A DNA stretch of 64,000 nt from Candidatus Latescibacterota bacterium (lineage in GTDB: Bacteria > Latescibacterota > UBA2968 > UBA8231). Of this stretch, positions 8,964 to 17,849 are shown piece by piece; positions within the stretch are counted from its first letter, which is position 1, and each line of letters begins with the position of its first letter. Below the pieces are notes generated by a model. The model was not told the DNA's origin, did not search any database, and was given only the letters and a program-made list of their open reading frames with translations. The position numbers were made by a program, and so were the translations under genes. The stretch is taken from NCBI GenBank assembly GCA_965242865.1, contig CBDETK010000013.1, forward strand, positions 480,001-544,000, read 5' to 3'.

Positions 8964-11060
8964 GTGTTGAAACTCGCCGTTGTTGCCGGCTTTATGGTAT
9001 GGAGTAGCCCGGCGGCGATCCGGTGGGACTTCGACGGAGAGACGACGCAAGGATGGGCGGCTAAAAAGAGCATCTCATCCGGTGGCCGGCACGTCTTTCA
9101 CCTATTGGCCAGTGAGGTCAAAGACAGCGTGTGGGTGATCGAGCCCTTTCGCTCGGATGACCACAATCCGAGTGTCGAAGTGATTTCTCCGACGATAGAC
9201 TACGATTCGCGTCTTTTCGACCGGGTGCGAGTGCGATTTCGGATCGCACATCATCGCCCTGCGTTGGGTTCCTTAGCCCTGCGCTGGACGAATCAACACA
9301 ACCGTACTTCTCCGGGTAGGGATCCTGAGCCATCGAAAGGTCGGTTTGGGATTCTCGTACAAGGCGACTTCGTTTATACGACCGAGTGGCAAGAAGTAGA
9401 AATTGACCTTGCCAGTCATCGCAAGGCTCTGTGGGATGGTATGTTACGGGATATTCGGCTGAGTTTTTCCTTGGATCGAGGTGAAACAGGAGTGCCCCGG
9501 CCGGCCGAGGAAAAAGTTGGCCGCTTGGCGATTGATTGGATTGAGTTGACCGGCGTGGAAGAGATCGTACAGGGGGAACTACCGCCGCCTCAAGCCGAGT
9601 ATTTTCGCTTTGAAGGAGGTCAGTACTTTGCTCAGCCAGTCTTTCTTCCTATTGTGCTAGGTTTAGGGGGGTTCTTCGTCTTCGATAGGGCTAGCGTTTT
9701 AACGGACTTGGATAGCGATGGCGACTTAGACCTTTTTTCTGCTTGGGAGGATACCCCACCGAGGAAGTGGCCTATCTCCGGTTGGGTTATGGCCCACAAC
9801 GACGGTAAGGGGTCCCTTGAGCCTGTACTCACAGCGGAGACGCCGGTCTCACCAAGGGTACACGCCGGCGATTTGACCGGCGATGGCCAAGACGAGATTG
9901 TGCTGGCTGGTTGGCCTGACATAGCAGTTGTGTCTATGGGATCAGACCTCGAGACCGAGGAGCTCGTGCAGATAAGCGATCGCTTATTTAAGGGCCTAGC
10001 GGATTGGGATGGTGACGGCGATGTCGAACTCTTTTCCACAGCACTCGAATACGATTCAAACGGATATCCAGCAGACGGAGAGGCCCATTTTGAAGTATGG
10101 GATGTAGCAAACGGGGTGTGGTCGGCTGCGCAATTGGCAAAACCTGAAAACGGCCCCCTCTACCTCTATCAGATCGGCGACCTTACCGGCAATGGGATGC
10201 TGGAGGGTCTATGGATGTCGGGCTTCGGCGACGCATCCACTTGGCAGGTGACTCGCTTGGGCGAAGTGCTCGTGGCGGGCGAACCATTGGCCTTTGAGTC
10301 GGGTGGTTGGCCTCTTTTTTTACAAGGGAACGATGTGGATGACGATGGGCAGGTAGAGTTGCTGACGGCCCTGCGCTACGACGGTGCTGAACAACGCAAG
10401 GGACTGGTTGTACAGAGCAGCCGCCCCGGCGGTGTTGTAGAGACGGAGGTGTTGTATGATGAGCGGCTGTTTTTGCGCTCGCCGGTGGTGGTGGGCGACT
10501 TAAATGCCGATGGGGTTGAGGACTGGGCGTTTGTCGGCGGCGATCGTGCGTCGGGCTTTGGGGTGTTCGTCGAATGGGGCGGAGGCGTGACCCCAACAGA
10601 AGACGTGGAAACGCATCGCTTAGAGGGCGATGGGGTACAGGTACTGCCGGGCGATATCGATGGCGACGGCGATGTCGATTTGGTGGTGTTGGATCCGGTC
10701 TTGGGCGGTGTGCATCTGCTCAAGAGTTCGCTGAGCGATCCGCTAACAGCGGTGCTAACGCCGACGGCAGCGCGACCGGCGCAATATCGGCTGGGCGACA
10801 GCTATCCCAACCCGTTCAATCCGGCGGTGGTGTTGCCGCTTGATTTGGCAACGGACGCGGCGAGCGTGTCGCTGACCGTGTACGACGTGTTGGGTCGTCG
10901 GGTGCGGCAGGTGTGGGACGGGCCGCTGGGGGCGGGGAGCCATCGGTTTACTTGGGATGGCCGCGACGAGGCGGGTAAGGCCGTGGCCGCGGGCGTGTAT
11001 ATCTATCGCGTCGAGATGGACGGGCGAGTCGAAGCGAAAAAGACGACGAAGCTGCCTTAG
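8964..11060 (+). CDS. Secreted FG-GAP/VCBS-repeat protein with FlgD-Ig/T9SS-like C-terminal domain, paralog 1
   Basis: Signal peptide, repeated DxDGDGDxD loops, C-terminal YPNPFNP...YDVLGRRVR...WDGRD...GVYIYR; GAGGAGG RBS. Confidence 0.88.
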   Translation: MLKLAVVAGFMVWSSPAAIRWDFDGETTQGWAAKKSISSGGRHVFHLLASEVKDSVWVIEPFRSDDHNPSVEVISPTIDYDSRLFDRVRVRFRIAHHRPALGSLALRWTNQHNRTSPGRDPEPSKGRFGILVQGDFVYTTEWQEVEIDLASHRKALWDGMLRDIRLSFSLDRGETGVPRPAEEKVGRLAIDWIELTGVEEIVQGELPPPQAEYFRFEGGQYFAQPVFLPIVLGLGGFFVFDRASVLTDLDSDGDLDLFSAWEDTPPRKWPISGWVMAHNDGKGSLEPVLTAETPVSPRVHAGDLTGDGQDEIVLAGWPDIAVVSMGSDLETEELVQISDRLFKGLADWDGDGDVELFSTALEYDSNGYPADGEAHFEVWDVANGVWSAAQLAKPENGPLYLYQIGDLTGNGMLEGLWMSGFGDASTWQVTRLGEVLVAGEPLAFESGGWPLFLQGNDVDDDGQVELLTALRYDGAEQRKGLVVQSSRPGGVVETEVLYDERLFLRSPVVVGDLNADGVEDWAFVGGDRASGFGVFVEWGGGVTPTEDVETHRLEGDGVQVLPGDIDGDGDVDLVVLDPVLGGVHLLKSSLSDPLTAVLTPTAARPAQYRLGDSYPNPFNPAVVLPLDLATDAASVSLTVYDVLGRRVRQVWDGPLGAGSHRFTWDGRDEAGKAVAAGVYIYRVEMDGRVEAKKTTKLP

Positions 11061-11112
11061 ACCGCTTGTCGATGTTGTTGTTCGGGTCGCCGCTACGGGA
11101 CCGCCGAGAGGA

Positions 11113-11231
11113 TATAGCAGTCCTAAATGACTCGAAAACATGGAATGTTGATCGGCACCGTCTTTTCTACCTATGAAAAGTCATTCCCGCAACAGCGGGA
11201 ATCCAGTCTTGAATGATGTAAGATTGCGATA
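11113..11231. mobile_element. MITE-like ~119-bp element with internal GTCATTCCCGC-N4-GCGGGAATC palindrome, copy 1
   Basis: Imperfect terminal inverted repeats (TATAGCAGTCCTAAATGA / ATGATGTAAGATTGCGATA); second copy at 61004-61120. Confidence 0.75.
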
Positions 11232-11243
11232 GGAGGTGCTGTC

Positions 11244-13424
11244 GTGTTGCTCATTTTCTTATGTGCAGGGATGGTGCTGTTGAGTAGCCCGGCGATGGCG
11301 ATCCGGTGGAATTTTGACGACGGGACGACCCAAGGATGGGGTGCCAAGAAACCTGGTAGTGCCGGGGGGGATCATCAATTTTACCCGTTGTCTGGGACGG
11401 TCGAAGCGGGGGTATGGCGGATTAGTGCCTTTCGCACCGATGGCCTCAGCGGATCCGGGGCCACCTTGATTTCTCCGACGATAGGCCATGATTCGCACCT
11501 TTTTGACCGAGTGCGAGTGCGGTTCCGCACAGTCCATCCCAGTCCGACGACCGGAGCCCTAATCCTCCTATGGACCAATGAGCATAACCTCATGTTTCCG
11601 GGAAATGACCCCTTACTAGGAAGGGGGCGATTTTCTCTTTCCGCAAACGGGACCTACGGCGAGTTGTTATACACGACCGAATGGCAGGAGTTCGAGTTTT
11701 CGTTGACCGACATGGAGGAGAACTCCTTTGGGTACTATCCCTTATGGGCGGGGCTGTTAGATGATATTCGACTGGATTTTGTCGTGGAGTTTATGATGGG
11801 ATCGCAGCCGGATCGCCCCGCTTCGACGAAGGTGTCGGCGTTGGAAGTGGATTGGATTGAGTTGACCGGGGTGGAAGAGGTGTTACAGGGCGAATTGCCT
11901 CGGCCGCCGGTGTTCGATATAGGCGTTGGAGGGCCGAAGGTTTTCGCGCCGCCGGTGTTCTACCCGATTGCGCCGGGCTTAGGCTTATTTCGTCTTTTAG
12001 GCGACGCCCAACAAGGGGTCTTGGCCGACTTGGATGGGGATGGTGACCTCGATTTGTGCTCCTTCTTCTGGTTGCTAGAGGAGCGCCTCGGCGGCTGGGT
12101 CATAGCGCGCAACGACGGGATGGGGGCGTTTGAAACCGTCCGCGTCGAGCCGGTGGACGACTTCGCGTATTATCCGAGGCTGTCTGTCGGCGATGTGACC
12201 GGCGATGGTCGCGCCGAACTGGTGCGGAGTCTCGAACGGTCGGACCTCGGGGTTTGGTCGGTCGGCTCGGAGTTCCAGTTGGAGCTCCTCGTGCAGAAGC
12301 CCAATCGTCGGTTGGTGGATTTAGCCGATTGGGATGGCGATGGGATGCTGGAAGTGTTTGCCCAACCTGTGGACGAGGACGAATCGTTTTTGGAAGGGTG
12401 GGACCTCGTAAACGGCGAGTGGACGTTCTCCGAGTGGCCGGTGCCCGCCTCGGCCTCCGGGCTGTCGTGGGCGCATCAGATCGGCGACTTTACCGGCGAT
12501 GGGACGCTGGAAGTGCTGTGGGGACCGCCCGCTTTTTGGGAGCCGGAGCTGTTTGAACAAGCCATCTCGTTGCGCGTGGCAGGCTTCGGGGCTGATCCGA
12601 CACAGGGGGTGCTGTTTGAAAGGGTCATGCCGCTTTCTCTCCTCGCGGGTCGAGCCGGCGATTTCGACAGCGATGGGCAGGTGGACTTGCTGGCCGGCTT
12701 CCGCGAGGACTTCCAAGAGCAGCGCAAGGGCTTGGCCGTGTGGAGCAGCCGTCCCGATGGCTTAACGCAAGAGGTGCTCTATGATGAGTATCTGTTCCTG
12801 CGCTCGTCGGTGGTGGTGCGCGATCTGAATGCCGATGGCTTGGACGATTGGGTGTTCGTCGGCGGGGACTATGCGTTGGGTTTTGGCGTGTTCGTCGCAT
12901 GGGGTGGCGGCTTGCATCCGAATAGAGCGGTGGAATGGCATCGCTTGGCTGGCGATGGGGTCGAGGGGGCTGTGCCGACGGGACTGGAGGGAAATGGCGT
13001 GGCAGTGCTGCCCGGGGACGTGGACAGCGATGGCGATGTGGATTTGGTGGTGTTGGATCATGCCTTAGGGGGCGTCCATGTGCTCAAGAATCCGCTGGGC
13101 GGGCAGATGACCGCGGTGTTGACGCCGGCGGCAGCGCGCCCGGCGCAACATCGGCTGGGCGACAGCTATCCCAATCCGTTCAATCCGGCGGTGGTGCTGC
13201 CGCTCGATTTGGCCGAGGACGCAGTGGAGGTATCGCTACGGGTACATGACGTGTTGGGTCGTCGGGTGCGTCAGGTGTGGGACGGGCCGCTGCGGGCGGG
13301 GAGCCATCGGTTTACTTGGGATGGCCGCGACGAGGCAGGTAAAGATGTGGCCGCGGGCGTGTATATCTATCGGGTCGAGATGGACAGACAGGTGGAAGCA
13401 AAAAAGACGACCAAGCTGCCGTGA
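11244..13424 (+). CDS. Secreted FG-GAP/VCBS-repeat protein with FlgD-Ig/T9SS-like tail, paralog 2
   Basis: Same architecture as paralog 1; AGGAGG RBS. Confidence 0.88.
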   Translation: MLLIFLCAGMVLLSSPAMAIRWNFDDGTTQGWGAKKPGSAGGDHQFYPLSGTVEAGVWRISAFRTDGLSGSGATLISPTIGHDSHLFDRVRVRFRTVHPSPTTGALILLWTNEHNLMFPGNDPLLGRGRFSLSANGTYGELLYTTEWQEFEFSLTDMEENSFGYYPLWAGLLDDIRLDFVVEFMMGSQPDRPASTKVSALEVDWIELTGVEEVLQGELPRPPVFDIGVGGPKVFAPPVFYPIAPGLGLFRLLGDAQQGVLADLDGDGDLDLCSFFWLLEERLGGWVIARNDGMGAFETVRVEPVDDFAYYPRLSVGDVTGDGRAELVRSLERSDLGVWSVGSEFQLELLVQKPNRRLVDLADWDGDGMLEVFAQPVDEDESFLEGWDLVNGEWTFSEWPVPASASGLSWAHQIGDFTGDGTLEVLWGPPAFWEPELFEQAISLRVAGFGADPTQGVLFERVMPLSLLAGRAGDFDSDGQVDLLAGFREDFQEQRKGLAVWSSRPDGLTQEVLYDEYLFLRSSVVVRDLNADGLDDWVFVGGDYALGFGVFVAWGGGLHPNRAVEWHRLAGDGVEGAVPTGLEGNGVAVLPGDVDSDGDVDLVVLDHALGGVHVLKNPLGGQMTAVLTPAAARPAQHRLGDSYPNPFNPAVVLPLDLAEDAVEVSLRVHDVLGRRVRQVWDGPLRAGSHRFTWDGRDEAGKDVAAGVYIYRVEMDRQVEAKKTTKLP

Positions 13425-13437
13425 GATTTGAACGAGG

Positions 13438-13550
13438 ATGAGACGGCATGAGACCGCCTAAGCATCCATTCATGGAAAGTTCCGTTGCGAAAGAATAGAA
13501 CCCTGCAAAGCTGCTTGGCGGTGTCGCTGGCCTTGCATCTGCTGGTGATT
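13438..13550 (+). pseudogene. Remnant copy of the 5' end of the DUF4159-like gene at 16197
   Basis: Near-identical to 16197-16290 (...AAGTTCCG.TGCGAAA.AATAGAAC..TGCAAAGCTGCTTGGCGGTGTCGCTGGCCTTGCATCTGCTGGTGAT) with a scrambled start. Confidence 0.8.
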
Positions 13551-13580
13551 ATCTTGACGGCGCAACCCGGAAAGTCGCGT

Positions 13581-13643
13581 AATCCACGGAAAATCGTGTA
13601 AAATCCACGGAAAATCGTGTAAAATCCACGGAAAATCGTGTAA
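13581..13643. repeat. Three perfect tandem 21-bp repeats AATCCACGGAAAATCGTGTAA
   Basis: Read directly; a degenerate fourth unit lies at about 13562-13582. Confidence 0.95.
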
Positions 13644-13760
13644 AGCCTTGCGCCACGGGCTGAGGCTGCCGCTCGTAAGAAGCCTTGTTCATTATTTTAA
13701 GTCTCATATTTTCAACCCTTTAGGTCAATCCTAGAAAATTTTTTGTGCATGTCCTGCTTT

Positions 13761-13777
13761 TTGGCACGCAATTTGCT
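13761..13777 (+). promoter_or_regulatory. Sigma-54 (-24/-12) promoter
   Basis: TTGGCACGCAATTTGCT matches TGGCAC-N5-TTGC exactly, about 33 bp before the start codon at 13810. Confidence 0.75.
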
Positions 13778-13809
13778 TATATAATCCGTAGAAGCAAGGA
13801 GGTGCTGGC

Positions 13810-16002
13810 GTGTTGCTCGTTTCTATTTGTACATGGATGGTGCTGTTGAGTAGCCCGGCCGCGGCGATCCGGTGGGATTTTGACGATGGGACGACGCAAG
13901 GATGGGGGGCCAAGAAACCTATTAGTGCCGGGGGGAATCACCTGTTTTTTTCGTTATCTGGGGCGGTCGAAGCAGGCGTGTGGCGGATTAATGCCTTTCG
14001 CACCGATGGCCTCAGCGGCTCTGGGGTGACCTTGATTTCTCCGACGATAGGCCATGACTCGCACCTTTTCGACCGAGTGCGAGTGCGATTCCGCACAGTC
14101 CATCCTAGTCCGACAACAGGAGCTTTACTTCTCCTATGGACCAATGAGCACAACCTCATGTTTCCGGGGAGTGACCCTCTACCGAAAAGGAGTCGGTTTT
14201 CTCTTAGTGCAAACGGGAACTACGGCGAATTGCTATATACGACCGAATGGCAAGAGTTCGAGTTTTCGTTGATCGACATGGAGGAGAGTTCCTTCGGGTA
14301 TCAGCGTTTATGGGAGGGACTGTTAGATGACATTCGGCTGATGTTTGTTGTGGAGTTTATGATGGGGTCGCTGCCGGACCGGCCGGCTTCGACGAAGGTG
14401 TCGGCCTTAGAAGTGGATTGGATTGAGTTGACCGGCGTTGAAGAGGTGTTACAGGGCGAATTGCCTCGGCCGCCGGTATTCGATCTGGGCGTTGAAGGGC
14501 CGAAAGTTTTCGCGCCGCCGGTGTTCTATCCGATTGTGCGGGACTTAGGTCCCTTTCGGCTCTTTGGCGCCGCCCAAGAAGAGGTTTTGACCGACTTAGA
14601 TGGCGATGGCGCCCTCGACCTGTTCGCCTTCTGGGGAGGGATCGAGGGCGGCTGGGTCATGGCGCGCAACAACGGACAGGGGGCGTTTGAAACCATACGC
14701 ATCGAGCCGTTGGACCAGCTAATGTATGATCGACGAGTGCGCGTTGGCGATGTGACCGGCGATGGCCAAGACGAAATCGTGCTGGGTTTCCAACGGGGGG
14801 AAATATGGGACCTCGGCGTTTGGGCGGTCTCAGCGGAGTTCCAGATCGAACCTCTCGTGCAGAAGCCCAATCGTCGGTTGGTTGACTTAGCCGATTGGGA
14901 TGGCGATGGGCAGGCGGAAGTGTTTGCCCAACCTGTGGACGGGAACGACTCGTTTTTGGAGGGGTGGGACTGGGAAAATGGCGAGTGGACGTTTGCTGAG
15001 TGGCCGGTGCCCGCCCCGGCCTCCGGGCTGTCGTGGGCGCATCAAATCGGCGACTTTACCGGCGATGGGACGCTGGAAGTGCTGTGGGGACCGGCCGCTG
15101 TGGAGTGGCCGGAACTGTTTGAACAAGCCATCTCGTTTCGCGCCGCTGTCTTAGGATCCGATCCGACACAGGGGGTGCTGTTTGAAAAGGTCATGCCGCT
15201 TTCTCTCCTCGCCGGGCGAGCCAGCGATTTCGACAGCGATGGACAAGTGGACTTGCTGGCCGGCTTCCGCGAGGACTTCCTAGAGCAGCGCAAGGGCCTA
15301 GCCGTGTGGAGTAGCCATCCCGATGGCTTAAAGCAAGAGGTGATCTACGATGAGAATCTGTTCCTGCTTTCGCCGGTGGTGGTGCGCGACCTGAATGCCG
15401 ACGGGTTGGACGATTGGGCGTTTATCGGCGGGGATTATGCGTTGGGTTTTGGCGTATTCGTCGTCTGGGGCGGCGGCTTGCATCCGCGTCCAGCGGTGGA
15501 ATGGCATCGCTTGAGCGGGGCGGGCGTGGAGCGTTTGGAAGCCGGGGATGTGCCGTCGGGCTTGGAAGGGAATGGCGTGGCAGTGCTGCCCGGCGATGTC
15601 GATGGCGACGGCGATGTCGATTTGGTGGTGTTGGATCGGGCTTTAGAGGGCGTCCATGTGCTCAAGAATCCGCTGGGCGGGCCGATGACCGCAGTGTTGA
15701 CGCCAGCGGCAGCGCGGTCAGCGCAGTATCGGCTGGGCGACAGCTATCCCAATCCGTTCAATCCGGCGGTGGTGTTGCCGCTCGATTTGGCGACGGACGC
15801 GAAGAGCATGTCGCTGGCGGTACATGACGTGTTGGGTCGTCGGGTGCGGCAGGTGTGGCAGGGGCCGCTGGGGGCAGGCAGCCATCGGTTGGTATGGGAT
15901 GGGCGCGACGAGGCAGGTAGGGCCGTGGCCGCGGGCGTGTATATCTATCGGGTCGAGATGGACGGACGGGTGGAAGCGAAAAAGACGACCAAGCTGCCGT
16001 GA
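13810..16002 (+). CDS. Secreted FG-GAP/VCBS-repeat protein with FlgD-Ig/T9SS-like tail, paralog 3
   Basis: Highly similar to paralog 2; AAGGAGG RBS. Confidence 0.88.
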   Translation: MLLVSICTWMVLLSSPAAAIRWDFDDGTTQGWGAKKPISAGGNHLFFSLSGAVEAGVWRINAFRTDGLSGSGVTLISPTIGHDSHLFDRVRVRFRTVHPSPTTGALLLLWTNEHNLMFPGSDPLPKRSRFSLSANGNYGELLYTTEWQEFEFSLIDMEESSFGYQRLWEGLLDDIRLMFVVEFMMGSLPDRPASTKVSALEVDWIELTGVEEVLQGELPRPPVFDLGVEGPKVFAPPVFYPIVRDLGPFRLFGAAQEEVLTDLDGDGALDLFAFWGGIEGGWVMARNNGQGAFETIRIEPLDQLMYDRRVRVGDVTGDGQDEIVLGFQRGEIWDLGVWAVSAEFQIEPLVQKPNRRLVDLADWDGDGQAEVFAQPVDGNDSFLEGWDWENGEWTFAEWPVPAPASGLSWAHQIGDFTGDGTLEVLWGPAAVEWPELFEQAISFRAAVLGSDPTQGVLFEKVMPLSLLAGRASDFDSDGQVDLLAGFREDFLEQRKGLAVWSSHPDGLKQEVIYDENLFLLSPVVVRDLNADGLDDWAFIGGDYALGFGVFVVWGGGLHPRPAVEWHRLSGAGVERLEAGDVPSGLEGNGVAVLPGDVDGDGDVDLVVLDRALEGVHVLKNPLGGPMTAVLTPAAARSAQYRLGDSYPNPFNPAVVLPLDLATDAKSMSLAVHDVLGRRVRQVWQGPLGAGSHRLVWDGRDEAGRAVAAGVYIYRVEMDGRVEAKKTTKLP

Positions 16003-16032
16003 GTTGAGCTAGTGATTCGGCTTGGTCCTTTG

Positions 16033-16086
16033 CTGGATTCCCGCCCCGTGTCGGAGCACGGGGTGACGTTCTTTTGCAGGAATGAC
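16033..16086 (-). repeat. Degenerate REP-like palindrome (GGATTCCCGC...GCAGGAATGAC) with inner CCCCGTG/CACGGGG hairpin
   Basis: Same family as the GTCATTCCCGC...GCGGGAATCC palindrome, in the opposite orientation; sits just downstream of a stop codon. Confidence 0.75.
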
Positions 16087-16143
16087 CGCTAGAGGCGTCA
16101 GGCAAGACGAGCCAAAAGCAATATGAGTGTTAAGAACGCTTCT
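16081..16143. repeat. 63-bp intergenic segment, copy 2
   Basis: Matches 8818-8880. Confidence 0.9.
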
Positions 16144-16196
16144 AAGCATTTACTGGATTTACTCCGGTTTAATCCGTTGCGAAGGGATGGGAGCCG

Positions 16197-17537
16197 ATGA
16201 GACGGCCGTGGAAAGTTCCGCTGCGAAAAAATAGAACGTTGCAAAGCTGCTTGGCGGTGTCGCTGGCCTTGCATCTGCTGGTGATCTTCGGCATCACGCA
16301 CCGCGAGCAAATCAGCCAATTCCCCGTCCTGCAGCCGATCATGGTGGAGTTTATCAAGCGTCCACCGCCGCAGCGGACGCTGACCCGTCGGCAACGCCCC
16401 CGGCAGCGTCCGTTGGTGCGCCGCCCCGCCCTGCAAGCAGCTCCGGTCGCCGCGGTGCGGCCAGCCCCCTCGGCCATGCGCCCCCTGCCGATGTTCAAGT
16501 CGTCGTCGCTCCGGTTGCCGATGGCGTCGCTGCCCGACCGGCTGGTGCTGCCGGTGCCGGACTTCCCGGCTCGGCACATTGGTCCGCAATTGCGGGCGGG
16601 GGCGTTAGAAGGGACGCGGCAGGGGGCCGACGAGATCGACTTGGGCATAGAGCTGATGGACGTGCAGGCCATGGACACCGGCCGGCACCGGGCGATGGTC
16701 GTAGTGGATCCCAACGATCGGCGCGAGCTCAAGGGATTCCTCTATATGTCCGGCGTCTATAGCCCTTCCATTGATCGGGCGGAGTACAGCCAACAGGCCG
16801 AAAGCATGAAGGTGCGCTGGTATCACCAGATGCCGCGCCAGATGGTCGAGCGGCGGATGCTGCAAGGGTTGGCCGATAAGATGGTCGCAAATACGCAGGT
16901 CCACGTCGAAGTGCGCGACGCGGTCTCGCTGGAGGATCCGAAGCTCTTGGAAGTCCCCTTCGTGTTGATGACGGTCGATACGCCCTTTGAGTTTACGGAC
17001 AGCGAGGCGGCCAACCTCGGGGCGTATTTGACCGCTGGCGGCTTCCTGTTTGTGGACATTGTCAGCCTGTTGTGGGATACGTATCGCGACGACGAATTAG
17101 ACATTCCGGCGGTGCGCTCCCTCATTCGCGCTGGCTTCCAAGCGGTGGGCTATCGAGAGTGGAAGGACTGGCAGTTTGCCCGGCTGGAGATAGGCCATCC
17201 GCTCTATCACTGCTTCTACGATGTACAGAGCCTGCCGCGGGGGATGCGCGACCTGCACTTTATCGCCGGCGAATACCCGCCGCGCACCCCGGATTATTTG
17301 GAGGGCATCATGGTAGGGGAGCAGTTGGTGGGCGTGTATTCGATGCGCAACTACGCTGATTTTTGGGCCGGTATCGGGCGGGAGCTGGTGGATTGGTCTT
17401 TGACTAATGGCGTGGTCAACCACGCGGGTATGGCCAGCGCCGAGGAGCCGTTGGTCTATAATTTGGGAGTAAATCTCGTCGTGTACGCCCTGACCCGCGA
17501 AGGGTCCTTAGCACGGCAACTAGTCCAAGTAGAGTAA
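16197..17537 (+). CDS. DUF4159-like protein with N-terminal TM and Pro/Arg-rich linker
   Basis: SLALHLLV anchor; EAANLGAYLTAGGFLFVD, HPLYHCFYD and LGVNLVVYALT motifs. Confidence 0.75.
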   Translation: MRRPWKVPLRKNRTLQSCLAVSLALHLLVIFGITHREQISQFPVLQPIMVEFIKRPPPQRTLTRRQRPRQRPLVRRPALQAAPVAAVRPAPSAMRPLPMFKSSSLRLPMASLPDRLVLPVPDFPARHIGPQLRAGALEGTRQGADEIDLGIELMDVQAMDTGRHRAMVVVDPNDRRELKGFLYMSGVYSPSIDRAEYSQQAESMKVRWYHQMPRQMVERRMLQGLADKMVANTQVHVEVRDAVSLEDPKLLEVPFVLMTVDTPFEFTDSEAANLGAYLTAGGFLFVDIVSLLWDTYRDDELDIPAVRSLIRAGFQAVGYREWKDWQFARLEIGHPLYHCFYDVQSLPRGMRDLHFIAGEYPPRTPDYLEGIMVGEQLVGVYSMRNYADFWAGIGRELVDWSLTNGVVNHAGMASAEEPLVYNLGVNLVVYALTREGSLARQLVQVE

Positions 17538-17555
17538 ATCGAGAGGAGGATTACC

Positions 17556-17849
17556 ATGATACGCATTGACACCTTAGAACGCTGCGGCACAACCCTGACC
17601 ATCGAGCTCTCGGGGTATATCAACAGGAGGGAGTTCGAGATCCTGCGCGACTGCCTGAAAGAGTACGCCGAGGAGGGGATAACCGAGGTTTGCATCGTGG
17701 CGAAAGAAGTGCGGAACTTCAACACAACGCTCGAGCGAGACGTAATCGCTTTGAAGCAACTGGGCCTGAAGCTGCGCTTCCAGCAAACGAGTGTTTTCCT
17801 AAGACACGTGTTAGACATTTGGGGTTTGGGGGACTGGCTAGATGATTAA
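17556..17849 (+). CDS. Small STAS-like protein
   Basis: 97 aa, strong GAGGAGG RBS, TIELSGYIN start and FLRHVLDIWGL end resemble anti-anti-sigma STAS domains. Confidence 0.55.
   Translation: MIRIDTLERCGTTLTIELSGYINRREFEILRDCLKEYAEEGITEVCIVAKEVRNFNTTLERDVIALKQLGLKLRFQQTSVFLRHVLDIWGLGDWLDD

Noticed and set aside
13581-13643. Possible CRISPR array
   Set aside because: Repeats are head-to-tail with no spacers, and there are no cas genes in the window.
8964-16002. Diversity-generating retroelement behind the paralog variation
   Set aside because: No reverse transcriptase, and no adenine-specific template/variable repeat pair seen.
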